Below are positions 18,081 through 26,873 of a stretch of DNA of 32,000 nt, piece after piece (the stretch's first letter is position 1; each line of letters opens with the position of its first letter). The stretch is from assembly GCF_000022265.1 (NCBI RefSeq), contig NC_011979.1, positions 3,690,001 to 3,722,000 on the forward strand, given 5' to 3'. The DNA is from Geotalea daltonii FRC-32. GTDB taxonomy: Bacteria; Desulfobacterota; Desulfuromonadia; Geobacterales; Geobacteraceae. Made by a program: the position numbers and the translations under genes. The notes below the pieces were generated by a model that saw only the letters and a program-made list of their open reading frames with translations, was not told where the DNA came from and did not search any database.

Positions 18081-18659
18081 TCAGATTAACTTCTTTGCCT
18101 TGAGATATTCCCGGGCCAGCTTGTTCGGCTTGTCCTCGGCCTTTACCATTTTGACCATTCTGGAATAGTTGTTGTCATTGACAATCCCGGTGAGCTTGTT
18201 GATCAATTTCGGTAGAGCCGGCAGATTGCCTAAAATCTCGAGAGAAATAACCGGTGCAACCAGCTGGCTGGAGCCATTGCCGGTCAAGGTGCCCAGTGGC
18301 TCGAGCCAGACAAGGTTGAATGTCTTGCGATGCTCTCTTTTTACAATCTCGAATGCAGTTTTGGCGTTGGCTTCCCTAGGTCGCTTGACCAGCTCCAGCC
18401 CGTGATCTGTGTTTTCAATGATCAATCCCACCTGGCCGTGCCTGACCGCATTGTATATTTCGGCCCCGGTCTTGAAGGTAAGGATTTTGACGGAGGTGCC
18501 GGTCCTCTCGGTGACAAGGACGGAGATCATTTCAGCAAGCAATTGATCATTGGGGGAGTTGGTGACACCGATATAGAGCACCTTGCCGACGCAAGCCCTG
18601 GCTTGGGTTGCCATAACGGCCAGAAGGGTAAAGATCACCAGCACAACCAACCTCTTCAT
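18081..18659 (-). CDS. Secreted OpuAC-like (glycine-betaine-type) substrate-binding domain protein
   Basis: Signal peptide 'MKRLVVLVIFTLLAVMATQARA'. 'QLLAEMISVLVTERTGTSVKI...EIYNAVRHGQVGLIIE' resembles the ABC glycine-betaine SBP fold. GAGGAGGA lies 6 nt upstream of ATG 18659. Confidence 0.5.
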   Translation of the reverse strand: MKRLVVLVIFTLLAVMATQARACVGKVLYIGVTNSPNDQLLAEMISVLVTERTGTSVKILTFKTGAEIYNAVRHGQVGLIIENTDHGLELVKRPREANAKTAFEIVKREHRKTFNLVWLEPLGTLTGNGSSQLVAPVISLEILGNLPALPKLINKLTGIVNDNNYSRMVKMVKAEDKPNKLAREYLKAKKLI

Positions 18660-18680
18660 AAAACATCCTCCTCGCATCAG

Positions 18681-19379
18681 CTATTTTGCCGTTAATACCA
18701 CGTCGATTGCAATATCCGATTGGGATGATACTGCAGACAGCCGTTTTTCCAGCTTCATTCCAGGACCAGTGGGAAAGGTTACGGCGGCGCCGATAAAATA
18801 TTCGCCGGGAGGCAGATAAAGGGTGTACAGGCCGGTTTCCTCGGTCCAGCCGGAGACATAATCGGGCAGCTGGCTCACCTCCCTCATGGCGTTGACCAGC
18901 ACATACGCCGAGCTGACAGGCGCCCCCTCACCGTCTACCACCCTTCCACGGACCTTGACCATATCCTCTCTGGCTTTTTGTTTGCCCTTCGCCACCTGGC
19001 GTATATCGGCAACGATGAATTGCCGTTCAACGAGCCCTTCATCGGCATCAATGGCCACAGGTTCACCTGAATGCTGGGCCGCAGGTGACAGTGGACCATA
19101 CTTGCCATCCTGGCGCACCCTTGCCACAGCCCAATATCTTTTGCCTGCAGGCAACTGGATGGTGTAGCTGCCCTCCTTATCGGATGGTCCGGTAATGAAA
19201 TCAGCGGGGCGCCTGGTATTGGTACTGTCGTAGATGAAAACCTCGGCACCGCAGACTCCCTTGCCGGCCATATCGACAATTTTCCCGCGGAAGATGAATG
19301 TTTGCGCAGCCATATCTTCACCATAACTGAAAGTGACCATGAACAACAAAAGTAAAATTGCGAGTGCTGATTTTCTCAT
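18681..19379 (-). CDS. Secreted protein with two carboxypeptidase-regulatory-like (prealbumin-fold) domains
   Basis: A signal peptide is present. Two copies of the motif occur: 'FRGKIVDMAGKGVCGAEVFIY...GSYTIQLPAG' and 'VRGRVVDGEGAPVSSAYVLV...GLYTLYLPPGEY'. The start overlaps the upstream stop by 4 nt. Confidence 0.6.
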   Translation of the reverse strand: MRKSALAILLLLFMVTFSYGEDMAAQTFIFRGKIVDMAGKGVCGAEVFIYDSTNTRRPADFITGPSDKEGSYTIQLPAGKRYWAVARVRQDGKYGPLSPAAQHSGEPVAIDADEGLVERQFIVADIRQVAKGKQKAREDMVKVRGRVVDGEGAPVSSAYVLVNAMREVSQLPDYVSGWTEETGLYTLYLPPGEYFIGAAVTFPTGPGMKLEKRLSAVSSQSDIAIDVVLTAK

Positions 19380-21856
19380 TGCACTATATTCCCTGTCTTG
19401 ACCCGCTTTGAGAGAAATGGCTCAAAAATTACCACGCCTATGCCAGGCTCATTACGCCCGTCAAAAATGGTGTTAGCCGGGATACCCTCCCCCCACCAAT
19501 TTCCGGCGGCATCCACATTTTCGTCGTTAAAGTCGCCGATCCTGACGTTGTAGCCGGTGTTGTCAAACAGGTTGCTGCCGTTGATTTTCAGACCACTGCC
19601 TTTTTCTCTGACAAATACACCCGTTTCATTCCTGGTTATGTCGCTCGCCTCAATGCTCCCATTGCCACGATAGGAACGGATACCTATGGAATTATCCCTG
19701 AAAAGGCACCGTTTAATGGATACCGGGCCGCTTCTGAAACGCATGCCGCCATTATTGTTGCGGAAAATGCTGTCGGCAAGGGACAGTTTGGTAAAATGGC
19801 TGTGCAGGCCCCATTGGGCATACTCGAAAACCGCATGGGAGATGACACTGCCGTTTGCATGCTCCAGAAGCACCTCGTCCCACGTACCCGGCAATTTTTT
19901 ACCTGCGGAGGTGAAAATGACTTCGCGGCCTTTTTCACCTCTGGCAACGATTTTACCGTTGACTGTCATTCCTGAACCTTCGGCAAACAAGACTTTAGTT
20001 CCAGCCAAAAGAGTAAGAGTACTCGCCGTGGGAATCTGGAGCCTGCGATTTGCGATAATCTCGCCTTGCCATACGGTCGGAGTAGCCACGCTGGCCAGCG
20101 GCCAGACGAAGGGCACCGGTTGTGTCAATGGATTATCGGAAATGATGCGGCCTCGGGAAGGATGGTTTCTGCGATCAAAGATCACCCTGGCAGGCTCATC
20201 AGTCCCCCACCAGTTGTCCGGTGCTTCCACATCATTTGTACCTTCCTGATCAATTGCCCAGAGTCCGTTGCCCATGAAGCTGTTGCCGGTAAGGGTTCCG
20301 GTAAAGGAGAGCAACCCTAGTCCCCGTTCACCATTGGCGGCAATCTGGTTCCCCTTGATCTCGGCTCTGGTTTCCTGCAGATTCATCCCGTTGAGGCCGT
20401 TGTTCGCCACAAAATTTCCGAAAAGTTCTATATTGTCGGAATTTTTCAGGGATAAGCCTGTTTCAGCATTATTGGAGACAACGTTACGGTTAAACCTGCC
20501 GGAAAAAGTGTCAGCTACCATGAGGCCAAACCTGTTACCGTCAATCAGATTCTCTTCCATGACGGTAACCCCTTCCCTTAGTCTCAGCCCATCCCTCCTG
20601 TTGCCAATGAACTCGTTTTGCCTGACCTGCAGGTTACATCTGAAGAAGTTTCCCCCTATGTAATTGCTGCTGATCAGATTGCCTGACATATCGATAGTAG
20701 AGTTCCTGCCCTGGATGCCACTCTTGTTTTCATACAACCGGTTGCCATGGAGCACAACCAGGGATTCCTGAAATTGAATAGCGCGATAGTTTCCCTTCAG
20801 CACTGAATGCGTCACCGCCACATTGGAAAAATGAAAATGGAGCCCTCGATAGGCGCCCTCTATCTGGCAATACTCGATCAGGTTCTGGACTCCATCGCTG
20901 CCCATGATGTTTATAGCGTCCCAGTCAGTATCTGACCTGCCTTTTTCGGCCGAACGAAAGATAATCGGTTCCTTGGCACTCCCCTTGGCCAAAATACTGC
21001 CTTGTATCATCAGTCCATTTTCGCCAATCCCATCACCATTTGAATCTCTTCTGCTGAATTCGATGACAGTACCCGGAAGTATCGCCAGCCTGGCTCCTTC
21101 AGGCACTCGGATGATCCCTTTGACGATGATGTGCCCTTGCCAGATTGTGCTGCCCAAAAGCACCTCATCCTGGTAGATTCTACTGACAGGCAGGTCTTTT
21201 GTAGTGCTGAGGGGAATCTGAGCTGCCGGCTGCTGGAGATCTGCTGCATGGAAATCCTTTTTCCTGTTGTTGCCAATGGTGCTATTATGCTGCACGATCC
21301 TGGCACCGCTGAAAGCGTAGACCCCGAAATCATTGTCTGCAACAGTAGTGGATTTGAGGACCACAGAACTTTTTGGCCCGATTGCCGATACTCCATACCG
21401 GTTCCCATTGATTTTGCAGCCGTCCACTGTTGCCGTTCCCTCAATGACATGCAAGGCAGTTTCCGCATTGTCTATACTGCATCCACTGAGGAAAGCCCTG
21501 CCTCCATCCACGATCAAACCAGCCCATGAAGCATTTTTGGCTTCGCCAGGCGAAGAAAATTTGACCGGGAAAGTCCTTGTGCCCTCCACTTTCAATGTTC
21601 CACGAACGGTGATCTCGGTTAAGGGAGATATGTATTCAGGATCAGTCTTGGTAGTATCGGCGGGAATTATCCTTACAACAGTGCCTGGTTTGAGGGTCAG
21701 GGAGATACCTGACGGAACAATCACATCTTCGTTGACGGTGACTTCTCCCTGCCATGTGGTATCGGCAGTTAATAGAGTTGCAAACGCAAAAGCAGGAAAT
21801 AGCAGGCACAGGGCAAAGGCAACCAGGAAGGTAGTTTTTTTCATGGGCAGAGTCAT
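19376..21856 (-). CDS. Secreted right-handed parallel beta-helix repeat protein (NosD/CASH-like), three helix modules
   Basis: 826-aa ORF with signal peptide 'MKKTTFLVAFALCLLFPAFAFA'. Three cap modules begin 'TTWQGEV', 'STIWQGHI' and 'PTVWQGEI'. Each is followed by many PbH1-like 'N...G' repeats. Confidence 0.7.
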   Translation of the reverse strand: MTLPMKKTTFLVAFALCLLFPAFAFATLLTADTTWQGEVTVNEDVIVPSGISLTLKPGTVVRIIPADTTKTDPEYISPLTEITVRGTLKVEGTRTFPVKFSSPGEAKNASWAGLIVDGGRAFLSGCSIDNAETALHVIEGTATVDGCKINGNRYGVSAIGPKSSVVLKSTTVADNDFGVYAFSGARIVQHNSTIGNNRKKDFHAADLQQPAAQIPLSTTKDLPVSRIYQDEVLLGSTIWQGHIIVKGIIRVPEGARLAILPGTVIEFSRRDSNGDGIGENGLMIQGSILAKGSAKEPIIFRSAEKGRSDTDWDAINIMGSDGVQNLIEYCQIEGAYRGLHFHFSNVAVTHSVLKGNYRAIQFQESLVVLHGNRLYENKSGIQGRNSTIDMSGNLISSNYIGGNFFRCNLQVRQNEFIGNRRDGLRLREGVTVMEENLIDGNRFGLMVADTFSGRFNRNVVSNNAETGLSLKNSDNIELFGNFVANNGLNGMNLQETRAEIKGNQIAANGERGLGLLSFTGTLTGNSFMGNGLWAIDQEGTNDVEAPDNWWGTDEPARVIFDRRNHPSRGRIISDNPLTQPVPFVWPLASVATPTVWQGEIIANRRLQIPTASTLTLLAGTKVLFAEGSGMTVNGKIVARGEKGREVIFTSAGKKLPGTWDEVLLEHANGSVISHAVFEYAQWGLHSHFTKLSLADSIFRNNNGGMRFRSGPVSIKRCLFRDNSIGIRSYRGNGSIEASDITRNETGVFVREKGSGLKINGSNLFDNTGYNVRIGDFNDENVDAAGNWWGEGIPANTIFDGRNEPGIGVVIFEPFLSKRVKTGNIVQ

Positions 21857-21916
21857 GGCTCTATGAAACTCGAAAAGGATGGGGTTGACCTACTGCAGCA
21901 AAATTAGATGGGCCTC

Positions 21917-21945
21917 AATATACTCCAATCAGAGCACAAAGGCAA
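21917..21945 (-). promoter_or_regulatory. Putative sigma70 promoter for the beta-helix/GeoRSP operon
   Basis: The minus strand reads TTGCCT, 17 nt, TATATT, about 60 nt upstream of ATG 21856 and downstream of the tRNA-Pro terminator. Confidence 0.4.
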
Positions 21946-21982
21946 AAGATGATTGTGATGGGGCACCAACAACTTCTGCGGA

Positions 21983-22022
21983 CAAAGAAAAAGGGTCTCC
22001 GGAAAAATTTTCGGAAACCCTT
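21983..22022 (-). terminator. Rho-independent terminator after tRNA-Pro
   Basis: The minus strand has an 11-bp stem (one G-U pair), AAGGGTTTCCG-(9 nt)-CGGAGACCCTT, followed by TTTCTTTG. Confidence 0.75.
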
Positions 22023-22029
22023 CTCAATA

Positions 22030-22106
22030 TGGTCGGTGCGACTGGATTCGAACCAGCGACCACTAGACCCCCAGTCTAGTGCGCTACCAGGCTGCGCTAC
22101 GCACCG
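22030..22106 (-). tRNA. tRNA-Pro (anticodon GGG)
   Basis: Hand-folded cloverleaf: acceptor CGGTGCG/CGCACCG, anticodon arm CTAGA-CTGGGGG-TCTAG, T-arm GCTGG-TTCGAAT-CCAGT, encoded CCA. It starts 5 nt after the merR-family stop codon. Confidence 0.85.
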
Positions 22107-22111
22107 ATATG

Positions 22112-22453
22112 CTACATTGTGTTTCTCAGATCCTGCAACTGGGCAACCGCATGCTGTATAATCTGCTTAAGCCTCTCGACTTGCCTGCTGTTTTCGTCGC
22201 CCATTGCTTCTAAGTTGTTAATTCTTTCTCCAAGCCTTTTACGGGCTCCATCTATGGTCAGCTTTTCATTATAAAGCAACTGCTTGATTTGCTTAACTAC
22301 TTCAAGATCTTCCTTGGAGTAGAGTCTCTGTCCGCTTTTGCTTTTCTTAGGATTTAAATCGGTGAACGCGGTCTCCCAAAAACGCAGCACAGAGGGCCTC
22401 AAGGCTGTTAGTTCCGAAATCTCTCCGATTTTGTAGAATAGCTTGTCCCGAAT
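22112..22453 (-). CDS. MerR-family transcriptional regulator (start codon unresolved)
   Basis: The HTH '[21 protein letters not shown]' is encoded in frame, but upstream of the only canonical start (TTG 22402). The frame is closed by TAA at 22481-22483. A candidate ATT start at 22453 has AGGGA 7 nt upstream. Confidence 0.6.
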   Translation of the reverse strand: MRDKLFYKIGEISELTALRPSVLRFWETAFTDLNPKKSKSGQRLYSKEDLEVVKQIKQLLYNEKLTIDGARKRLGERINNLEAMGDENSRQVERLKQIIQHAVAQLQDLRNTM

Positions 22454-22473
22454 TGAAGCATCCCTGAAGAGAA

Positions 22474-22752
22474 CTACTGATTATTGATGGCGGCTTTAAG
22501 AACCTGACTCGGCTTGAAAGTGAGAATCTTCCTTGCAGAGATGGTAATTTCTTCCCCGGTCTGGGGATTTCTACCCCGGCGGTCTGCCTTTTCCTTGACG
22601 ACGAAATTACCGAATCCAGCGATTTTGATTTTATCGCCCTCTTCAAGGGTGCTTTTTATAAGATCAAAGACAGTCTCGACGAGTTCTGCCGATTCTTTTT
22701 TTGAAAAACCAACCTTTTCGTAAATCCTTTCAACAATATCAGCTTTCGTCAT
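22474..22752 (-). CDS. ihfA: Integration host factor subunit alpha
   Basis: 'MTKADIVERIYEKVGFSKKESAELVE...GFGNF...RRGRNPQTGEEI' is the HU/IHF family signature. GAGGGG lies just upstream of ATG 22752. Confidence 0.85.
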   Translation of the reverse strand: MTKADIVERIYEKVGFSKKESAELVETVFDLIKSTLEEGDKIKIAGFGNFVVKEKADRRGRNPQTGEEITISARKILTFKPSQVLKAAINNQ

Positions 22753-22844
22753 AAACCCCTCAACTAAATCAGTAATTCGGTGGGCAGCCAAGTTCGACAG
22801 CGCGTTGGTTTATATCACAGGGGGAATCCATAATCAACCCATTT

Positions 22845-25250
22845 TTAGCGAATGGAGGCATTTAATTTTTGCTGCAGCATCTGAATAACCTGCTGGTGAA
22901 CGGGATTGACTTCCTCATCCGTGAGCGTTTTTTCCTTGGAGCTGTAGCGGACCCTTATGGCGATGCTCTTCTGTCCTGCCGGGATATTACTCCCCTTGTA
23001 CAGGTCAAAGATCTCTATCTGGGCAATCTCTGCAGCCTTAACTTTCCTGGCGCAATTGACGACAGCTTCAGCCGAGACATCATCGTCGACAAGCAATGCA
23101 ATATCCCGGTAAGTATCAGGGAAACGCGAGGGCGCGGAGACGCTATGGTCCTCCCTGCGGCACTCAACCAATTTTTCGAAGTTTAACTCAAAATAGAAGA
23201 GCGGTTTTTCAAGACCGTATGCTTCCTGAACGGTAGGATGCAACTCCCCCAAGGAGCCGATCACATCACCGTTGCAGATTATAAAGGCGGATTTTCCAGG
23301 GTGATAGAACGGCTCAGGTTCCCTTACTTCAAAGGAATAGCCGGATACGTCCAAGGCGGCAAAAATATTTTCCAGGATGCCTTTGACATCGTAAAAATCG
23401 ACCTCTGTCTTTGCCTGGTTCCAGCCTTCAGCACTGCGCAATCCTGTCAACAGACCGGCAACGAACGGAGGTTCCTCGGGCATCTCGTCTGCATGCCTTG
23501 GCAGGTATATGCGCCGCATCTCAAAGATGCGCTGGTTCAGGATGCGGAAGCTGGCATTTCTTGCCGCCGTTTCAAGCAGCCCAGGGAGCAGCGTTGTACG
23601 CATTATGGACTGCTCGTCAGACAGTGGGTTGAGAAGCTGAATTGTGTTGCGCCGGTAGTCATCTCCCGCAAGGAGTATCTTGTCATAGGCATCGGGGGCA
23701 AAAAAGCTGTAGTTGATGACCTCGCTCAAACCCTGACAAACAAGCAGATCTTTAACCGTTTTTGCACTGGTCAAATAGGATGACTTTGTTTCGGAAAAAA
23801 TCCTTGCCTGTGGCATTGTCACCGGAATATTCTCGAAACCATGCAGCCTGGCAACTTCTTCAACCAGGTCGATCTCCCGCTCGATATCCACACGGTAAGA
23901 AGGTACAGTCACCTCCATAATCCCCTGATCACACTTCGTCACCGTGAATTCAAGCCTTTCGAATAGTTCCTTGATATCAGCTGCCGAAAGTTTAATACCG
24001 AGCACCTGGTTGACCCGATCGACACGGACCGGTACCTGCCTTTCCGGAACAGGCTGAGGGTACGCATCGACAACCCCCTTGGCAAGAGTTCCGCCGGCTA
24101 GTTCGACAATCAGGGAAGCTGCACGATCAAGGGCAATAGGCAGAATGTTCACATCGGTGCCGCGCTCGAATCGATGTGAGGATTCGGTATGAAGCCCCAG
24201 ACGCTTTGATGTGCGGCGAATGGCCGAAGGATTGAAGTAGGCGCTCTCTATCAGAATATCGGTGGTGTCATCAGCTATTTCCGAATTCTTTCCTCCCATG
24301 ATCCCGGCCAACGCAACGGCCCTGTCTCCATCGCAGATGGTCAGATCCGAGGACTGAAGGGTTCGTACCTGGCCATCAAGTGTGTCAAACTTCTCCCCCT
24401 CTGCTGCCTGCCTGACAACGATTTTTCCTTTTGACAGGAACTTGAAGTCGAAAGCATGCAGCGGATGCCCATATTCCATCAACACGTAGTTGGTGATGTC
24501 CACCACGTTGTTGATGGATCGCTGCCCGACGGCTTTCAGTCTGTTTACCATCCACTGGGGGGAAGGTCCGATTTTACTGCCTGAAACATAGCGCGCTGTG
24601 TAGCGTGGGCAGAGCTCAGGCGCCTCAATCGTTACCGAGGTGATGTCGGTCACGGCAGTTGCACCTTCCACAGGCCGAAGTTCCGGGTATTTCACCTTTT
24701 TCCCAAGTTTGGCGGCAACTTCCCTGGCAATGCCGATGATGCTGAGACAATCGGCCCGATTCGGGGTAAGGCCGATTTCAAAGATGGTATCCTTCAGACC
24801 GAGGGCTGAAAACACAGGCATGCCGAGCTGCAGATCCGCTGACAGAATCATGATGCCCGCCGACTCTTCGGCGAGACCAAGCTCTTTTTCGGAACAGAGC
24901 ATGCCGCAGGATTCTTCGCCTCTTATCTTCGAGCGCTTGATCTTGAATTCACCGGGGAGAACAGCGCCGATCTGGGCCAGGGCAACCTTGTCACCCGCCT
25001 TGAAGTTCTGGGCGCCGCAGACAATGGTCAATATTTCGGCCCCGTTATTGACCTTGCACAATGACAGCTTGTCCGCGTTGGGATGCTGGTTTTTCTCCAG
25101 AACCTGGGCGACGACAACATCGTCCATCCCTGCGCCCACCGTTTCGACGCGCTCAACCTCCAGGCCGAGCATGGTAAGAAGGTCGGAAAGTTCTGCCACG
25201 GGCAAATCGCAATCGACAAATTCTCTGAGCCAATTATAGGTAACTATCAT
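22845..25250 (-). CDS. pheT: Phenylalanine--tRNA ligase beta subunit
   Basis: 801-aa ORF with the typical PheT N-terminus 'MIVTYNWLREFV' and tRNA-binding, B3/4, B5 and FDX-ACB region order. Confidence 0.95.
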   Translation of the reverse strand: MIVTYNWLREFVDCDLPVAELSDLLTMLGLEVERVETVGAGMDDVVVAQVLEKNQHPNADKLSLCKVNNGAEILTIVCGAQNFKAGDKVALAQIGAVLPGEFKIKRSKIRGEESCGMLCSEKELGLAEESAGIMILSADLQLGMPVFSALGLKDTIFEIGLTPNRADCLSIIGIAREVAAKLGKKVKYPELRPVEGATAVTDITSVTIEAPELCPRYTARYVSGSKIGPSPQWMVNRLKAVGQRSINNVVDITNYVLMEYGHPLHAFDFKFLSKGKIVVRQAAEGEKFDTLDGQVRTLQSSDLTICDGDRAVALAGIMGGKNSEIADDTTDILIESAYFNPSAIRRTSKRLGLHTESSHRFERGTDVNILPIALDRAASLIVELAGGTLAKGVVDAYPQPVPERQVPVRVDRVNQVLGIKLSAADIKELFERLEFTVTKCDQGIMEVTVPSYRVDIEREIDLVEEVARLHGFENIPVTMPQARIFSETKSSYLTSAKTVKDLLVCQGLSEVINYSFFAPDAYDKILLAGDDYRRNTIQLLNPLSDEQSIMRTTLLPGLLETAARNASFRILNQRIFEMRRIYLPRHADEMPEEPPFVAGLLTGLRSAEGWNQAKTEVDFYDVKGILENIFAALDVSGYSFEVREPEPFYHPGKSAFIICNGDVIGSLGELHPTVQEAYGLEKPLFYFELNFEKLVECRREDHSVSAPSRFPDTYRDIALLVDDDVSAEAVVNCARKVKAAEIAQIEIFDLYKGSNIPAGQKSIAIRVRYSSKEKTLTDEEVNPVHQQVIQMLQQKLNASIR

Positions 25251-25279
25251 ATTCTCACACTTTAAGATTTATTGAGAAA

Positions 25280-26296
25280 CTAGAACTGCTTGAGGAACCG
25301 CAGGTCATTTTCGAACAACAGCCGCATGTCGCTGATACCGTACTTGAGCATGGCAATACGCTCGATCCCCATACCGAAGGCAAAACCGGTATATGCTTCA
25401 GCATCGTAATTGACATGCCGATAGACCTCGGGATCAACCATACCAGCACCGAGGATTTCCAGCCAGCCGGTGTTCTTGCATACCCTGCACCCCTTGCCCT
25501 TGCAGATGACACAGGCTATGTCAACCTCGGCACTGGGCTCCGTAAACGGGAAAAAACTGGGCCGCAGTCTTACCCCGGTATCCTTGCCGAACAGCTGGTT
25601 GATGAAGTTGGTCAGGATGCCTTTCAGATCGCCGAAGGTTATCCCCTTGTCGACCATCAGTCCTTCTATCTGGTGGAACATGGGTGAATGGGTGGCATCA
25701 GAGTCGCAACGGTAAACGGTGCCAGGGGCGATGATCCGCACCGGAGGCGGTTGCTTGAGCATGGTGCGTACCTGAACTGGGGACGTATGGGTTCGAAGCA
25801 GCAAGGTATCGCTGATGAAAAAGGTATCCTGCATATCACGGGCAGGGTGATCTTTGGGAAAGTTCAGGGCTTCGAAGTTGTAGAAATCATGCTCTATTTC
25901 TGGTCCTTCTGCGACCAGAAAGCCGAGTCCCGCAAAAATATCGGAGATTTCTTCAGTGATGAGGGTAATGGGATGCCTGGTGCCGACGGGGAGTCTTCTG
26001 CCGGGAAGTGTTACGTCCACGCGCTCCGAGCGAAGCTTTTCAGCCTTGCCGGCCTCTCGTATCTGCAATGCCGCAGCATCGATTCTTGTTTCGAGCTCAG
26101 TCTTGACCTTGTTAACAATCTGTCCGATAAGCGGACGTTCCTCGGAAGAAAGACTGCCAAGTCCCTTCATGACCGCTGTCAGCTCACCCTTCTTGCCGAG
26201 ATATTTTACCCGCAGGTCCTGTAAAGAATCTTCGGTTGCAACATGCGCAAGCTCTGCTGTGGCTGCCGACAAAAGTGCCTCTAGTTTTTCCCTCAT
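25280..26296 (-). CDS. pheS: Phenylalanine--tRNA ligase alpha subunit
   Basis: 338-aa ORF with class II motifs, for example 'FPFTEPSAEVD' and 'GFAFGMGIERIAMLKYGI'. Confidence 0.95.
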   Translation of the reverse strand: MREKLEALLSAATAELAHVATEDSLQDLRVKYLGKKGELTAVMKGLGSLSSEERPLIGQIVNKVKTELETRIDAAALQIREAGKAEKLRSERVDVTLPGRRLPVGTRHPITLITEEISDIFAGLGFLVAEGPEIEHDFYNFEALNFPKDHPARDMQDTFFISDTLLLRTHTSPVQVRTMLKQPPPVRIIAPGTVYRCDSDATHSPMFHQIEGLMVDKGITFGDLKGILTNFINQLFGKDTGVRLRPSFFPFTEPSAEVDIACVICKGKGCRVCKNTGWLEILGAGMVDPEVYRHVNYDAEAYTGFAFGMGIERIAMLKYGISDMRLLFENDLRFLKQF

Positions 26297-26310
26297 AGCA
26301 TTACCTTGTA

Positions 26311-26350
26311 TAAAAAAAGAAATGAGATGACTTCATCCCATTTCTTTTTT
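26311..26350 (-). terminator. Hairpin plus T-run between rplT and pheS (terminator/attenuator)
   Basis: The minus strand reads GAAATGGGATGA-AGTC-ATCTCATTTC followed by TTTTTTTA. The spacer contains no Phe-rich leader ORF, only M-G-stop. Confidence 0.6.
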
Positions 26351-26370
26351 GAAAGTGTTTATTTTATGTG

Positions 26371-26724
26371 CTAAGCGTTGGCCTTGGCCAGCGAAACAAT
26401 CTCGGCAAAGCCACGTGGGTCGGATACAGCCAGATCGGCCATTACTTTCCGATCGACCTCCACCTTGGCCTGTTTAAGACCATGGATAAGTTTGCTGTAG
26501 GAAATTCCGTTTATCCGAGCCGCTGCATTGATCCTGGTGATCCAGAGTGCGCGGAAGTCCCTTTTCTTGACGCGCCGGTCGCGAAAGGCATAATTCAATG
26601 CCCGGTCCACCGCTTCGGTCGCACTCCTGAAAAGTTTACTCCTGGCGCCCCGGTAGCCTTTGGCCAGCTTTAACACTTTGTTCCTTCTCTGTCTCGCTTT
26701 AAAACCTCTTTTAACGCGTGGCAT
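26371..26724 (-). CDS. rplT: 50S ribosomal protein L20
   Basis: '[26 protein letters not shown]' is the canonical L20 N-terminus. Confidence 0.95.
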   Translation of the reverse strand: MPRVKRGFKARQRRNKVLKLAKGYRGARSKLFRSATEAVDRALNYAFRDRRVKKRDFRALWITRINAAARINGISYSKLIHGLKQAKVEVDRKVMADLAVSDPRGFAEIVSLAKANA

Positions 26725-26873
26725 ACATACTCCTTTTGTTGTTTATTTGCCGGATCCGCAAGGGGAGACGTTTCCTCACGGTTCACGGACTTAAATCGGT
26801 CGGCAGGCGATGGACGGTGGTCGCCGGTGTTTTTAAACTATCAACCGCCGACAGCCGACCAGCGACCGCCTTA
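26725..26873 (-). other. Unusually long GC-rich structured spacer between rpmI and rplT
   Basis: 149 nt. The transcript strand contains GTCGGCGGT-(15 nt)-ACCGGCGAC enclosed by GGTCGGC...GCCGACC. GGAG precedes the rplT ATG. Confidence 0.4.

Noticed and set aside
22347-22646. 99-aa minus-strand ORF overlapping ihfA and the merR 5' region.
   Set aside because: It is out of frame with two well-supported genes and has a low-complexity Ser/Arg-rich translation. It is spurious.
26297-26370. Possible pheST attenuator with a Phe-rich leader peptide, as in E. coli pheM.
   Set aside because: The only ORF in the spacer is M-G-stop, and there is no Phe codon run. I kept it as a plain terminator/attenuator hairpin.
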